From Eledone cirrhosa (taxonomy: Eukaryota): a stretch of 64,000 nt of DNA. The notes beneath the pieces were generated by a model. It saw only the letters and a program-made list of their open reading frames with translations, did not search any database and had not been told where the DNA came from. This document shows positions 36,989 to 51,204 of this stretch, piece by piece. Within the stretch, counting starts at the first letter, position 1, and every line of letters starts with the position of its first letter. The position numbers and the translations under genes were made by a program. The stretch is taken from assembly GCA_964016885.1 (NCBI GenBank), contig OZ024742.1, forward strand, positions 253,642,001 to 253,706,000, read 5' to 3'.

Positions 36989-39900
36989 GTGTGCAAGCCA
37001 CATGATTAAATTCATGAAATAATACACGATTATAATAAATATAGTACAGTTATTTACGAAAATTAGAGAAGCTGAACTCTATGCTCTTAAAGTTATACAA
37101 ATGGTAGAACTTAAACTAGGTGAATTGGCAGAGTTGTTAGAACATTAGATTAAATACCTTTGTATTTGCTTGAGTTCTCTGCATTCAGAGTTCAAATCCA
37201 GTTGAGGGTGAAAATCTATGACTATGATCCGAATCAACAAGATCTCAGATCTCATTCCCTTACTCAGATCAGATCAAGGAAACAATGTTTCCATTGGTCT
37301 TTCCAAGTGGTAATACTATCTACCGGTTGCAACAAGCTATTAAAATGAATCTATTATGCATTTCAAGTAATATATTAATGACTGGCTGTTTATTTAGAAG
37401 TCTCGATGGTGAAATCTCCTTCTGAGCATCAATCTTATGCATGTTGCTGTTTTACTCTAGAGGTTAAAAAAATTCAGGAAAAGAATAGTAGTGGTATAAG
37501 TTTAGAATTTTCTCCCTTTTACTAATACAAAACACTTTTGTGTGGAAAAGGATGTTTAGGTTTGCAGCTTTTCTGAATTTATAAAAATATCTTCCAATGA
37601 TGTATGTTCAAAACCACAAAATATGCAAACCCACTGTATGAACTTGCACGTGATTTTAGCCATAGCCACTTAGTCTTTAAGAAGGTTGGTTTAAGTTGAG
37701 GCAATATTGTTGTTCATTATTAATATTGAGAACACTTGAAGAAATTAATTAACAGCATCTTGGGAACTTTGAAGTATTGTGGAGGCCTTGTAATTGCTTC
37801 GAATTTATAGCCAACAACACCATCACTATAATTAATAAATGATAGCAAAATTCTCAAGAATTCTTAGGATAGGATTAACGAAGCACACATATCATTTCAT
37901 GGATAATTATAATTATATTTAATTAATAAAGTGAGTATTTAAATAGATCTTATCTATATATAAGTTGGATGGACTTTTGACTTAAATTATCTAATGGATA
38001 TATAAGTTATAAGACTTAATGAGGATGAGTTTTCTTTTATATATTGATATTCCATTACTCCCAATATCTGCCAAATTGCATTATATTTAACTAAATAGTA
38101 CTGAAATTCTATATTTCTTAGACATAAATTTTGAAATTTATAATCATTCATAGCAATTGTACATTAAAGTGGAATCTTAACTGTGAGTATAAACATGCTT
38201 GAAATAGATTGTAATTGATATTATTTCACTTTAATGGAATCAGTGCCACAAGTAGAACAATTGTGAGATTTCACCCTCCACTCCTTTCTATGTAAGATGA
38301 TACTTCACTTGTTAAGGCTTGTGTCTTAGTGGTTAGGATATAAGGCATATCATTATAAAGTCATCATTTCAATTCCAGGACTGGTAGTACATTGTGTTCT
38401 TGAGCAAAACACTATTTTATATTCAATCCACTCAGCTGGAAAAAATGCTTTGCAATGAAATAGATGTCAAATCTGTATCAGCCTTTAACTTTCTCTTAGA
38501 CAATATATATAATGTATATAGTGTATACATATATATATATGGTGTATGTATGATGTATATAATATATATATGAGTTGTAACAACAGTCGTACTAAGTTCT
38601 ATCAGCTTTTGCCTTTCCCTGGGCCAACATCATATAAAGTGTCATCATCAACAAAAACATTATCATCATCCTCATCATCACCATTTAACATTTATTTTCC
38701 ATACTTGCATGAGTTAGAGGGGCTGTCATGTTTATGAACATGACAAAGATGACTGGTAAAACTGGTGATATGCTGTACTGGAGAAGACCTTCCTACACCC
38801 ATCCACTTGCCCTCCACTATCACTCCTTAGTAACTATTCTTACTAGCATTATACACCTCACACCTTACATCTCCCTCTAGATTAATAATAATAATAACTG
38901 TTTCTTATTTGGCACAAGGCCAGCAATTATCCCAGTGCATTACTGGTGCTTTATTTTATCGACCCCATAAGGATGAAAGTTTACCTCGGTGGGATTTGAA
39001 CTCAGACCGTAAAAGGGCGTAACTCTATGCTGCAACACATGGCGTCCAACCTTCTACTGGCACTGCCAATCCAAATAACAATGGAAATTATTGTGTGCAG
39101 AGCTCAGGTGCACTACAATTCATCAAAGGTGCATGTATACTACATAAAATAATGTACAAATGTCAGGAAAGTGAACAGTGTATGAGTCATGATATACACA
39201 CACAAACACACACATATGCATGCATGTGTACTGAGGGGGAATATCAGGTGTAGTGTTGGCGAATTTGGGGAAGCTTGGAAGTTTTGAAGGATGCTGTGCT
39301 CCTACAGCTAACAACTGATGCATTATCACTCATTAGTAGCTATTCTCACCATCACTACACCCACCTCTAAAATCCTGACACACTGGAAATCATTTGGAAT
39401 CAGCCCTCCACTTCTACTCACCACTCTGTGAAACCCAGCCACACTTGTCATACACCCATAACATCATACTTATCTTCCTTATCATCCATCCTTGTTACTC
39501 TGTAGGGTAAAAAGGGATCTTTAGTTGAGACAATGACCAGCAATCTCACTAGTGCTGCTGCCATGAAAAAAATGTATCCAGTACACTCTGTAAGGTTGGT
39601 GACAGGAAGGGTATCCCACTGTAGAAACCATGTAAAAAGGGTTAAATGAACTCTTTTAATGTGTCAAAGTTACAACAACTTCCCTAATGATCTATATGAT
39701 AAACACACCAAGTGTGCTCTGTAAAGTGGTTGATGATAAGAAGGGTATCTATCCATAGAAAACTTGCCAACAAAGGGGTGGGAGAACTTTTCAACTTGTC
39801 AAAGACATGATAACCTCCTTAGTGTTGGTGCTAGGATAAAATGCATCTGAGAGGCCAGTACCTCTTTGTATTACAGGTATAGTCCTCTGACTGTGCTCAA

Positions 39901-41304
39901 GTGCATTACAATTTATCAAAGGTGCTAGTGTTGGTGCTAGGATAAATTGCACTCAGTTGAACATGCAAATGTATGTAAGCAAAATATTGGCTCTCAGTCT
40001 ATCTGAGAGGCCTGTAGCTCCACTTGAGTACTTGTTTTTGAAGACTTCTCCAATCTTTGCTAGATGGGAAAAATAGACATTAAATGATGATAATGAGTTG
40101 TTACAACATTGGTGCCAAGATAGCCAAGATGTATTAGTGTTTATTTTTCCTTTGGACAACATCAGTAGCACGGAAAAGAGAGACTTGTATGCATGGACAA
40201 CTGCTAGTTTTTCAGAAAACATCCAGTCTGGATTTGTACCTCAGAGAGGCAAACTTTTGGTCAGTCATGATCAAATTATACCCTTTTCTTTCTTTTTAAT
40301 ATTTCACTCCACCAATTTTATAGCTGAGTACAACTCGCTAAGTTTTTGCTTTAAAAAAAAATTGAAAATTTTGTTTTCATAAATTTATCATTCTATAAAA
40401 TGGTAAAAAGCTAAACTAGGTGAATTGGCAGAGTTGTTAAGGTATTGAATTAAATGACTTTATGTTTGTTCCAGCTCTCAATGATCTGAGTTCAAATCCT
40501 CCTGATGTCAACCTCACCTTTTATTTTTTCAGAATTGATAAATGATGTACCATTCCAGCAAGTTTGTTAGAATTGTCAAAACGTCAAATGGTATAACTTG
40601 TGATATTTGATCCAGCTCTGTGTGTTCTGAGTTCAAATCTTGCCTCCTATCACTAGAAAAGTGGTGATATTTTTACCAGGAGTTGTAACCAACAGCTAAT
40701 GTTAACAATGGAAATATTGATTCCTTGGTCCAAGCACAGAGCTGGAACAAATACCACAAAACATTTTATTTGAATTTATATATAAATTTGAGCGACTTCC
40801 ATCTGTCCTTCTGTCACACACTAGAGATGACTGAGGAAGGAAGGGGTAATAATGACACACACTAGAGATTATTGAAGAAGGAAGGGGTGATAGCAAACTA
40901 CAAAAAACAATATCTAACATCCACTGATGCAGCTGCTACCACTGTTGTTATGACTACTTCATACTACTCCTCTCTATTTACGTCTACTGCAGGCTGCTAC
41001 CACACATATACACATATGCGTCAGGGTGTTGAAAAAAATCCTAGCCTTTAATAATTCCACTGATCCATTTCCTCTGAGCTGGTATTTTATTTATCCACTC
41101 CAAAAGGATGAAAGGCAATGTTGACCGTGTCAAAATTTGAGATTTAATCTGACTCGCTAACAACTCTAACTGATAGAAGAAAGGCAAACTAGGCAGAAAT
41201 TATTATTATTATTTTTTAGTTTGTTTTTAAGGAAAGTCATAAATGTCTAGGTTAGTTTATCAACATGGAAAACAAACTGATTGCTAGGAAAAATAAATAA
41301 ATAT

Positions 41305-41378
<74 letters not shown>

Positions 41379-41382
<4 letters not shown>

Positions 41383-43039
41383 TCATCATCATTGTTTAAC
41401 GTCCATCTTCCACGCTAGCATGGGTCTAGATGGGAATTGTCCCACTTGAGGCAAGATTAGTTGTCTTGCTCAGGACTGTCTGGTGGGTTTTCTACGGCTG
41501 GATGCCCTTCCTAACACCAACCACGTTTAGAGTGTGGACTGGGAGGTTTTTACCGTGTTACCTACACTGCGTTTTATTTTTGCCGTGACACCTACATGAC
41601 CTCATTTATTTAGGACTGGATGTTGGGGTACCAACATAACTTTACATCGAAAGAGGTGGTGTAGATGGGGGTGGGGGTAAGGTAGTGGGACGGGGGTTTA
41701 TTTTGGTTAAGAGGTGCCTACTGACTGTAGGTTTCGCTTTGTACTTAGGCAAGGCGGGTCTTCTGTATTACTGCGTAGCGCCAAAGATCTCGGTCCAGTG
41801 ACATTGTCTTGGAGAGGTGTAAGTGTGTGAGGTCAAAATTTATCAAGTCGTCCCAGGTTTTTCTGGGTCAGCCTACTCCGTAGCTACCGTCTATTTTGAT
41901 CACCCTGAACATTTTTATACAGCTGTCGTCTTTCATGCGCATTACGTGACCATACCAAAGTAGTCTTCTCTCGAGTAAACATCATCTGATCCTTCTTATT
42001 CCTAATTTCTCCCTTAGTTCATTTATGCTTTGCCGTTCGCGTATATTACTATTACATATCCAACGGAGCATGCAAGCTTCGTTCCTCTCCAGTCTGCGTA
42101 GATCCTCTGCACACAAGGCCCAGGTCTCACTGCCATGTAACATTGCTGTTCGTATGCAGGCATCATACAGCCTGCCTTTCATTTTTAGAGAGAAACCTTT
42201 AGCGGCTAATAGTGGTATAAGCTCTCTGAACTTTTTCCATCCCGTTCTGACTCTAGCTACAGTACTTTTGGAGCACCCTCACCACTGCTGATTTTGTCAC
42301 CCAGGTAACGGAAGGTGTCCACTATTTCTATAGAACCATCTGGGCAATGGAATGAGCTAGTATTCTGTGGGCATTTGCTGCTACTTATTGCACCTGAGCA
42401 CCGGCCACATATAAAATCTATATTCTTAGTTAGCTTACCTGTGATCCCACTACATCTTTTATGCACCCATACTTTGCATTTGGGACATAAAATGGAGTTT
42501 CTGCCTACTCCTTTCCTACACACTGAGCATGGCCATTTCCCAGATGGGACCAGTGCCCTAATTTCCTTCCTACATATTAGAACTTTAGTCTTAGACAAGT
42601 TAATTTTAAGGCCTTTTGATTCTAGGCCATGCTTCCATGTTTGGAATTTCTTCTCTAGTTCAGCCATTGATTCGGCTATGAGCGTTAGATCATCTGTATA
42701 TAGAAGTTCCCATGGGCAGCCGGTCTTGAACTCCTCTGTTATAGCCTGGAGGGCGATAATAAATAGGAGGGGGCTAAGGACGGAGCCCTGATGAACACCA
42801 ACTTTTACGCTAAACTCTTCACTATATTCATTGTTAATTCTAACCTTGCTGACTGTTTCTTTATACATGGCTTCTATAGCTCTCACAAGCCATTTATCAC
42901 CACTTAGTTTTCTGAGAGCCCGCCAGATAATGGGGTGTGTGACACTCTTTCTCCAAGTCAACGAAAGCTATGTATAGGGTTTACTTTTAGCTAGGTACTT
43001 CTCCTGTAGTTGTCGTACAATGAAAAGAGCGTCTGTGGT
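41379..43039 (-). mobile_element. RTE-clade LINE, sister subfamily, 5'-truncated, degenerate
   Basis: GVHQGSVLSP, YTDD, PHD finger, MLHGSETW; different 3' module; (GAT)n tail. Confidence 0.92.
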
Positions 43040-43052
43040 ACACATATATATA

Positions 43053-43880
43053 TATAAGTATGTATACGTACATACATATATGTGTACAGACGTACAGTAG
43101 TATGCATATATATACATACATGTACACATATATATGTACGTATGGGTTTATCGAACATTTATTATAATGTTCGGTTTGTTTGTAAATAAACAGCCCGAAT
43201 TACGCTGTACAGTGTTCGGCAACCATCGTCGCCCTTTGTCCAACACAGGAACGATGTACTAGTTTCAAGCTTATTAGCTATCGTCAGCATCGTATAACTT
43301 GCTGTCAGATGATTGAACGTTTGAAAGTATATACTTTCCTTATGCCATATTAACGGCTGACCAGCCTAATTTGCATAGCATGGGAGTTAGTCGGCCGGGC
43401 TTACCGAAAACTATAAATGGAAAAGAATGAAACGAAATTTCATTTCTCACTCTTAGTACGGCTGATACCTAAATATAAGTATGTATGCGTACATACATAT
43501 ATGTGTACAGGCGTACAGTAGTATGTATATATATACATACATGCACACATATATATATGTACGTATGGGTTTACCAAACATTTATTATAATGTTCGGTTT
43601 GTTTGTACATCGTTCCTGTTTCAGTGTTGAACAAAAGGGCGACGATGGTTGCCGAACACTGTACGGCGTAATTCGGGCTGTTTGTTTACAAACAAACCGA
43701 ACATTATAATAAATGTTCGGTAAACCCATACGTACATATATATATGAGTTGCATGTATGTATATATATATACATACTACTGTACGTCTGTACATATATAT
43801 GTATGTACGTATACATACTTATATTTAGGTATCAGCCATACTAAGAGTGAGAAATGAAATTTCGTTTCATTCTTTTCCAT
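43053..43880. mobile_element. HHR-bearing non-coding element (family A): ~1.3 tandem ~421-nt monomers on - plus an inverted partial copy on +
   Basis: ATAAGTATGTAT.CGTACATAC recurs at an offset of 421; 43605-43880 is the reverse complement of part of the monomer. Confidence 0.85.
43251..43293 (-). ncRNA. Minimal type I hammerhead ribozyme (family A)
   Basis: ACGATG-CTGACGA-T AGCT aata AGCT T-GAAA-CTAG-TA-CATCGT; palindromic loop 3; AATAAA ~90 nt downstream. Confidence 0.85.
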
Positions 43881-44033
43881 ATATATATATAATTCTTCCA
43901 TTTTCTAATTTATTTTTGGACATCGTTCGTATTAGCTAAAAATATCACACATCTCTTTTATGTAAGCTTAAATAGTGAATGTTTTAAAGAGAACATTGAT
44001 ATATGTATATATATATATATTTATATATATTTG

Positions 44034-44089
<56 letters not shown>

Positions 44090-44098
44090 TATATTTAC

Positions 44099-44145
<47 letters not shown>

Positions 44146-44168
44146 TATATATATATATACACACACAC

Positions 44169-44273
<105 letters not shown>

Positions 44274-45536
44274 TGTATGTATATATACAAGTATAACTAT
44301 AATAAAATAAAAGTAAGACCTGAAGATGTATTTGTGATTATAGAAAAGCAACATGATAAAATTTAATTATGTGAAAAGTTACAATTTGAATACCAACTCT
44401 CTGCTTTTAAAATTGCCTCAAGTGTGATGCTGACAGCTTTGTACAGTGTGTAGTGTTAGATAAAACTTTACTTGCTTAAAACATTTTAATGAACTGTGTG
44501 TATTTTTCCTAATTTGAAAATATTGCAGTATCGAATGGCAGTAATTTCTGGGGATATGAAAATATTAGCAAATAGCTACATGGAAAATATAACAGTTCTT
44601 TATTAAGAATGGTGAAGCCATGTGGTTTAGTGGTTATAGTGTTTGGATAACAATTGTGAGGTCACTAGTTCAATTTCCAGTGGTGCCTAATGTTCTTGAG
44701 CAAGTCTCTTTACTCAACCTCTACATTGCTCTACTGTATTCAGCACATAAAATGCACAAGCAAACTATTCTATTGGTGAAACAACTGGATCACTCATTGT
44801 GAAAATCAATGAAGGTCCAACAACATTACAAATGAAGTTGAACTCTTTATTTATTAGAACATTGCAGAGGTAATGACCTGACCATTCAGTTGTTTGACCA
44901 ACTGGTCAACTGACTCAAGAATTTACATGTAAGTGGTGAAATATTTCACAGATATGCATAATATGATAGGGTGACACAGTATATGAGAAGGCTGGCCTTT
45001 TGTATTACAGATACAGTCCATCTGACAGGATTCCAAACAGTTTCTGTCAACATGGAGGCACATTGACCCTCCTCAAATGACATCTATTTTTAATATAAGG
45101 ATACATTGGATAATGTAATGCAGTGTGTACCATACAGAGATGTAAATTAAATAACTAAGACAGTCACAGAGGGTGTGCCTTTAACACAGGTCAGCTCAAT
45201 CAGGGTTTACTTAGAGCTAAACAACAACAATAATATAACATCAACAAAAACAAATGCTGATGCTCTTAACTGTTAAGCAGATGAGAGACATTTGTGCAAC
45301 AGAAAAAAGATGTTTGAAAGATTTGAGGGAAATTGTTGTTTTTAGACATTGATAAGTAATCATTATCCTCGTCTCATGACATTTCTACTTTAGAATTAAG
45401 ATAACACATCTGCTTTTAGTTTCACCCAAGAAAATAGATTACAATCCCGTCATGGTAAAGCTTTTCTTCCAATGCTGTCAATATGAATGTGTCACCTATA
45501 TTGATGTAATGTGTAGTGTTGCAAGAATAGGTTTGC

Positions 45537-45590
<54 letters not shown>

Positions 45591-45622
45591 AGTGTGTATA
45601 CATATATACATGTAAATATATA

Positions 45623-45659
<37 letters not shown>

Positions 45660-45772
45660 TAGTATTATAAAATACAAACACAGGGATAAAATTACACAAA
45701 ATCTCATTAGATTTATGCTTAGTGGTTGTGGTGCAGCAACTGATCAACATCCGTATGTATGTATATATATAC

Positions 45773-45824
<52 letters not shown>

Positions 45825-45870
45825 GTATATATACAAATACACATATATATATATATATATATATATATGT

Positions 45871-46478
45871 CAGGTCACCACTTGGTGCTACTGGTAACAT
45901 GTATCCCAGTACAACCTGTCTCATGGTCGGGTCGTTGGCGACTAAACTGGCAACCCCACCAAGGTTTCTTGGTGAGGAGGGTGACTTTGGACATCCTGCA
46001 GGACTAAAAACAAAACCTGTCAAAGGGCAAAGGAGCTCTTAAGAGTCAATGGCCATCCAAAATCACTGGGAGAGATGACCCCTTAGCCTTTGTCAAGGCA
46101 GAATTCTAGGAGAAGGAAAACTCTGATATAACACCTGCAACTCTGATGGTATCCAATGATGTTGACTTGTTCTTCTTTTTGGTAAATATCATCTTGGTTA
46201 AGAGAGTGCGACTGGCTTTGTGCAGTGCCTTTGCTCACTATAAAAGCTTCACGGCACAGGCATTGCTTTATATCTGGAGATCTCTCTGCACTTGTCGTCA
46301 CATGGTACCAAAGGCAAAGCACTGTGTGTCAATAATTGTCACAAGTGTAGTGTTTGTACCAGAGTTTTCAAGTCGCTGGCTGGACTAAAAAGTCACACTC
46401 GTTCAGCGCATCGGTAGGGGTTCTCCTACATGGATATAAAGTAGTGGCCGTACTCGAAAACGAGTTGGCAGCCACCAT
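45871..46478 (+). mobile_element. Non-autonomous bipartite RTE (BovB-like) element: 5' UTR fused to 3' end
   Basis: CTAGGAGAAGGAAAACTCTGA 5' UTR motif; 3' part encodes HKCSVCTRVFKSLAGLKSHTRSAHR* (C2H2-type RTE C-terminus); flanked by (TA)n; second copy at 4900-5310. Confidence 0.8.
45873..45950 (+). ncRNA. Candidate HDV-like ribozyme (degenerate P1/P3)
   Basis: P2 CCAGT/ACTGG, CC in L3 with GG for P1.1, P4 TCG ttgg CGA, J4/2 CTAA, weak P1 GGTCA/TGGTC; located at the element's 5' end. Confidence 0.5.
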
Positions 46479-46504
46479 ATATGTATATATATATATATAT
46501 ATAC

Positions 46505-47340
46505 ATCGAGGCCGAAACAAATGAGATCGTGTAGGTGTCACGACAAAAAAACACACAGTCCACGCTGTAATGTGGCCGTGTAGGCAACACGGTAAAAACC
46601 TCCCAGACCCACACTGTAAATGTGGTTGGTGTTAGGAAGGGCATCCAACTGTAGAAAACCTGCCAGACAGTCCTATGCGAGCAAGACAATCACTCTTGCC
46701 TCAAGTGGGACTACCCCCGTCCAAACCCATGCAAGCGTGGAACACGGACGTTAAACGTTGATGATGATGATGATATATAACGAAAGAAATGTGGTAAGGA
46801 ACCAGGTGGACCATAACACACCAAAGTACTCAATACTTAGAGTAGTAGAGTGGGTAATAGGAACGAGTAGGACCCCAGAATCAGCTGTCGAAACGGCTTG
46901 AGCTCAGCCGTCGGGGTCCTACTCGTTCCTATCATCAGCATCATCATCATCATCATCAACGTTTAACGTCCGTGTTCCACGCTTGCATGGGTTTGGACGG
47001 GGGTTTTCCCACTTGAGGCAAGAGTGATTGTCTTGTTCGCATAGGACTGCCTGGCAGGTTTTCTACAGCTGGATGCCCTTCCTAACACCAACCACATTTA
47101 CAGTGTGGGTTTGGGAGGTTTTTACCGTGTTGCCTACACGGCCACATTACAGCGTGGACTGTGTGTTTTTTTGTCGTGACACCTACACGATCTCATTTGT
47201 TTCGGCCTGGATGGTGTGGCACCAACATAACTTTACATAGAAGGGGGCGGTGTGGATGGGGTGGGGGTGGTGGGACGGGGGTGTATTTTGTTAGAGATGC
47301 CTACTGACTGTAGTAGGTTTTACTATGTATTTAGGTAAGA
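46505..47340. mobile_element. Two tail-to-tail copies of the RTE 3' module (46505-46773 +, 46935-47340 -) flanking an HHR-remnant hairpin
   Basis: Match the 3' UTR of 41379-43039; (GAT)n tails face inward. Confidence 0.85.
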
Positions 47341-47492
47341 TATATATATATGTATGTATATGTATATATATCTATGTGTGTGTATATATATATAAATATA
47401 TGCATATGTATATATGTACATATACATGCATAAATATGTATCATAATAATGATTTAACGTCCTCTTTCCAACCTAGCTAGTGAATATATATT

Positions 47493-47582
<90 letters not shown>

Positions 47583-48124
47583 GACAGTGAATCTTCATTC
47601 TCTAATATGTAATATATACATACATAGAGAGATATTTTTTTAATGAAATGCTGAAATAATCTACACAATTGTACTTTAAAATATGAAAGTAGCTTTGAAA
47701 GAAACTGACTGTGAAAACGGAGGGAGATCTGGGTGAAACATCAAAACATAGGGTTGATAATGAAATCAAATTGAATGAATGAACAATAAAGGGATAGCAG
47801 TATAATCAATAGTTAGGTGTATGTATTTTGATAGATAGACAAACTTTCATTGTCATACAAGCATGCATAGATACATACATATTTACATACATACATGCAT
47901 GCATACATACATACATACATACATACATACATACATACATACATACATACATACATACATACATACATACATACATACATACATACATACATACATACAT
48001 ACATTCATACATACATACATACAAGCCATTCTAGAAACATTTTTATCAAAAACCTAACTGTTTCACCGATAATAACGAGGACTGCCACAGATACTTAGGG
48101 ATAAATGAGAATATATCTTATAAT

Positions 48125-49240
48125 GATATCTGTAACAAGGAATGTGTAACCAGGGAATATTACATCTGATTAAGAAAATATGGTCCTTTGAAATCTCTGC
48201 GCACTATATAAACCGTGGCTCACAATGTGTTTGTTGTGCCTGTCCTAACACTAACATTTGGAATACTCAATTGGATGATAAACGAAATCTGAGCAATTGA
48301 TGTTATAACCCGAAAAATCCTAAACAGTACCGGAAACTTCTACAAAAGAGTGACATGGATCGCCCCTACTTGAAACCTAAGCTGAAAGCCTAACATCAGT
48401 CCAGAGAGAATTTAAGTGTCGCATCTTATCCCTCCATCAACATCTACGAACCTCCAAACATAGTAGCCCATCCATCTATTGAGCAAGTCAGACTGCATGA
48501 GACAGATATGATCATAAGAGTTGTGAAGAAACTCCTTGAAAGATATGTTGCCAGGAGTGAGAGTAATATAGATAAGCAAAGTAGTCTATCTTGGACTAAA
48601 AACCGTTATATTGGCTCTCACTTTGAAGGAAATGCTTTTGCAATCCAAGAACAGAAAATCAATACAAAATACCTGATTCACAGAAGAGATAGTGATGCAG
48701 ACCAAAATACCTAGAAGTGACAACAAATGCAGATTCTGCAGAATTAATATCAAAGATACCACCCATGTTATAAGCAGCTGTCCAAAGATGTCATCATGGT
48801 ACTATCAACCTATGAGGCAAGATTTAGGGGCCAAAACACTATATAATGGAATCCATAGAAAAGATAGCCCTGACAATAAACATATTAAAAGTTACAGCAA
48901 TGTGGAAGACATACAAATGCATAATATGATAGAGTACTGGTGGAATGTTCCAGTCAAAACCCCAATAAAATGCAAACATAACAGACCAGATATAATGATA
49001 TGGGGCAGCGAAAAGGAGAATATCTATGCAGAACTAATGAGGAATCTGCAGATACTCCACCCAGACTATACCTTCAGATTTATACATGTGACCATCGGGT
49101 CACTGGGATATGTTAGTAACTGCCTCAGTATAAATATTGAGAAGCTGGGCTTAACAGAACCAAAAAGAACATGACTAGTTAGGAAATTACAAATACAATC
49201 CATTAATGGAGCAGAAAAAAATATGTAAAACATTGCAAAT
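48125..49240 (+). mobile_element. Degraded R4/Dong-type LINE fragment
   Basis: AHNVFVVPVLT.TFGILNW, FAIQEQ.INTKY, CRFC...HVISSC, HNRPD. Confidence 0.75.
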
Positions 49241-49249
49241 ATTCTTACT

Positions 49250-49715
49250 CATGACAGAAACATAGGAGAAGTAAGCACAAAGCAAACATGTGAAATAGAT
49301 TCTCTTCACTGCCAGTGGAGCTCTCTAGAAGTTGTGGACAGCTTTTGCTACTTAGGCGAACAAATTAGTAGTGGGGAATAAAGGAATTGAATATGCTCTG
49401 ATGGATCTGCAATGTTAGTGTACAAGAGCAACATAGCATAAGCAAACTGATGGAAAACTTGGCATAAGAGGAATTGCTTGTAGTGAGCAAGAGAGAAGAC
49501 TGCATTGGTATGGCCATGTGATGAGCATGGAAGATGGCAACTGCATAAAGAAAGGCAGAGAAACTCCAGTGACTGGGACTCATGGAAGAGGCACACCCAG
49601 GAAAACTTGGGATGGGGTTGTAAGGACTGTCCTTAAAAATGCTAAATCTTACAACAGAAATGATTAAAGACTGTGAGGGCTGGTGCTATGCAGTGCTGAA
49701 GAAGACCTGGCCTGC
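49250..49715 (+). mobile_element. Highly degraded RTE 3' fragment
   Basis: LEVVDSFCYLG, RRLHWYGHVMSMED remnants. Confidence 0.65.
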
Positions 49716-50241
49716 AGCTTACAATGTGACATGACCTACCCTCTCCCTTCCACAATCAGTCCCTAACAGGTGTTTTCAATTTCACTACTTCAACCCTACC
49801 ACACACACATTCCTAGCAGCTTGACCCCTACCCCTTCCATGAAGTGGTTGGTGATAGGAAGAGCTCGCAACCATTGAGAGCTTGTCAAGCAAACAAATGA
49901 TGGAGATGGAAGCCTTCTCTAGTGTTTGATGATCTGCATAATTAACACACCCACTACATGCTGTAAAGTGGTTGGTGATAGGGAGGGCATCCAGCCATAG
50001 AGAACTTGCCAGAAAAAGGTTCAGGAGAGCTCCCAGTTGTGTGAAGCGCATGACAACCTCTCCTGAGCACTCGATAGAACGTGAGACTCTACATAAGCAC
50101 ACAGCACCCTGGCCTGCCTAGGAGATCAATAGCTCTGCTTTAGTACTGATTTGGTCTATATGGACGAATCCAACCCTACCTAGCAGGGAGAACGGACATT
50201 AAAACGACAATGACGAATGATGATGATCATCATATATATAT

Positions 50242-50275
<34 letters not shown>

Positions 50276-50370
50276 CCGTTTTACAGCCGTTCTTCCATGC
50301 TAGCATGGGTTAGACGGGTTGTCCTGTTGTGGGCAGTGTCCAGTCGGCTGACGTTGTCTTGCTCATACAG

Positions 50371-50783
50371 GAACATTTATTATAACGCACGGTTTGTTTG
50401 TAAACAAACAGCCTGAATTCGTAGCCGTACACTGTTCGGAAACCATCGTTGCCTTTTTGTTTAACACTGACTAAGGAACGATGAACTAGTTTCTAGCTTA
50501 TTAGCTGTCATCAGCATCGTATAATTTCCTGTCAGTCGATTGAACGTTTGAAAGTATACACTTTCCTTATGCATATTAACGGCTGAGCAGCCTAATTTAC
50601 ATATCGAGTGAGTTAGTCGGCCGGGTGTACCGAAAACGATAAATGGAAAAAATGAAATTTCATAAATGTTCGGTAAACCCATACGTACATATATATGTGT
50701 GTATGTATGTATGTATGTATGTATATACATACTAGTGTACGTCTGTATACATATATGTATGTACGTATACATACGTATACATA

Positions 50784-50790
<7 letters not shown>
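50371..50790. mobile_element. Family A HHR element (- copy 50371-50660, inverted fragment 50661-50790)
   Basis: Similar to 43150-43440; joined to RTE tail fragment 50240-50373. Confidence 0.85.
50478..50520 (-). ncRNA. Minimal type I hammerhead ribozyme (family A)
   Basis: ACGATG-CTGATGA-C AGCT aata AGCT A-GAAA-CTAG-TT-CATCGT. Confidence 0.8.
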
Positions 50791-50823
<33 letters not shown>

Positions 50824-50826
<3 letters not shown>

Positions 50827-51201
50827 AGGCACATGGTTTAGTGGTTAGAGCATTGGCCTTGCAATCGAAAGGTTGTGAGTTCAATTCTCAGACCGAGTGA
50901 TGTGTTGTTTCCTTGAGCAAGACACTTTATTTCACATTGTTCCAGTTTATTCAGCTGTAGAAATGAGATGGGGTCCCTATCATTCCACTGAAAAGTGGTC
51001 GTGGAGGTGCCACGGCAAAAAAGCACCCAGCCCACACTGTAAAGTGGACTGGAAGGCGCCATGGAAAAATGGCACCCAGCACTCACTGTAAATGAGGTTG
51101 GTGTTAGGAAGGGCATCCAGCTGTAGAAATCAAGCCAGAATCAGTTCCCGTCCCACCCTTGCAAGCAGGGAAAAGCGGACGTAAAAATGATGATGATGAT
51201 G
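50824..51201 (+). mobile_element. tRNA-derived SINE with RTE tail
   Basis: Same family as 4531-4879, with a duplicated central motif. Confidence 0.9.
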
Positions 51202-51204
51202 AGG

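Noticed and set aside
40165-40265. Possible host exon (pyrimidine tract + CAG, open frames, GTCAGT donor)
   Set aside because: Peptides are not recognisable and no partner exons were found; needs RNA-seq.
50824-50900. tRNA gene
   Set aside because: It is the tRNA-derived head of a SINE, continuous with SINE body and tail.
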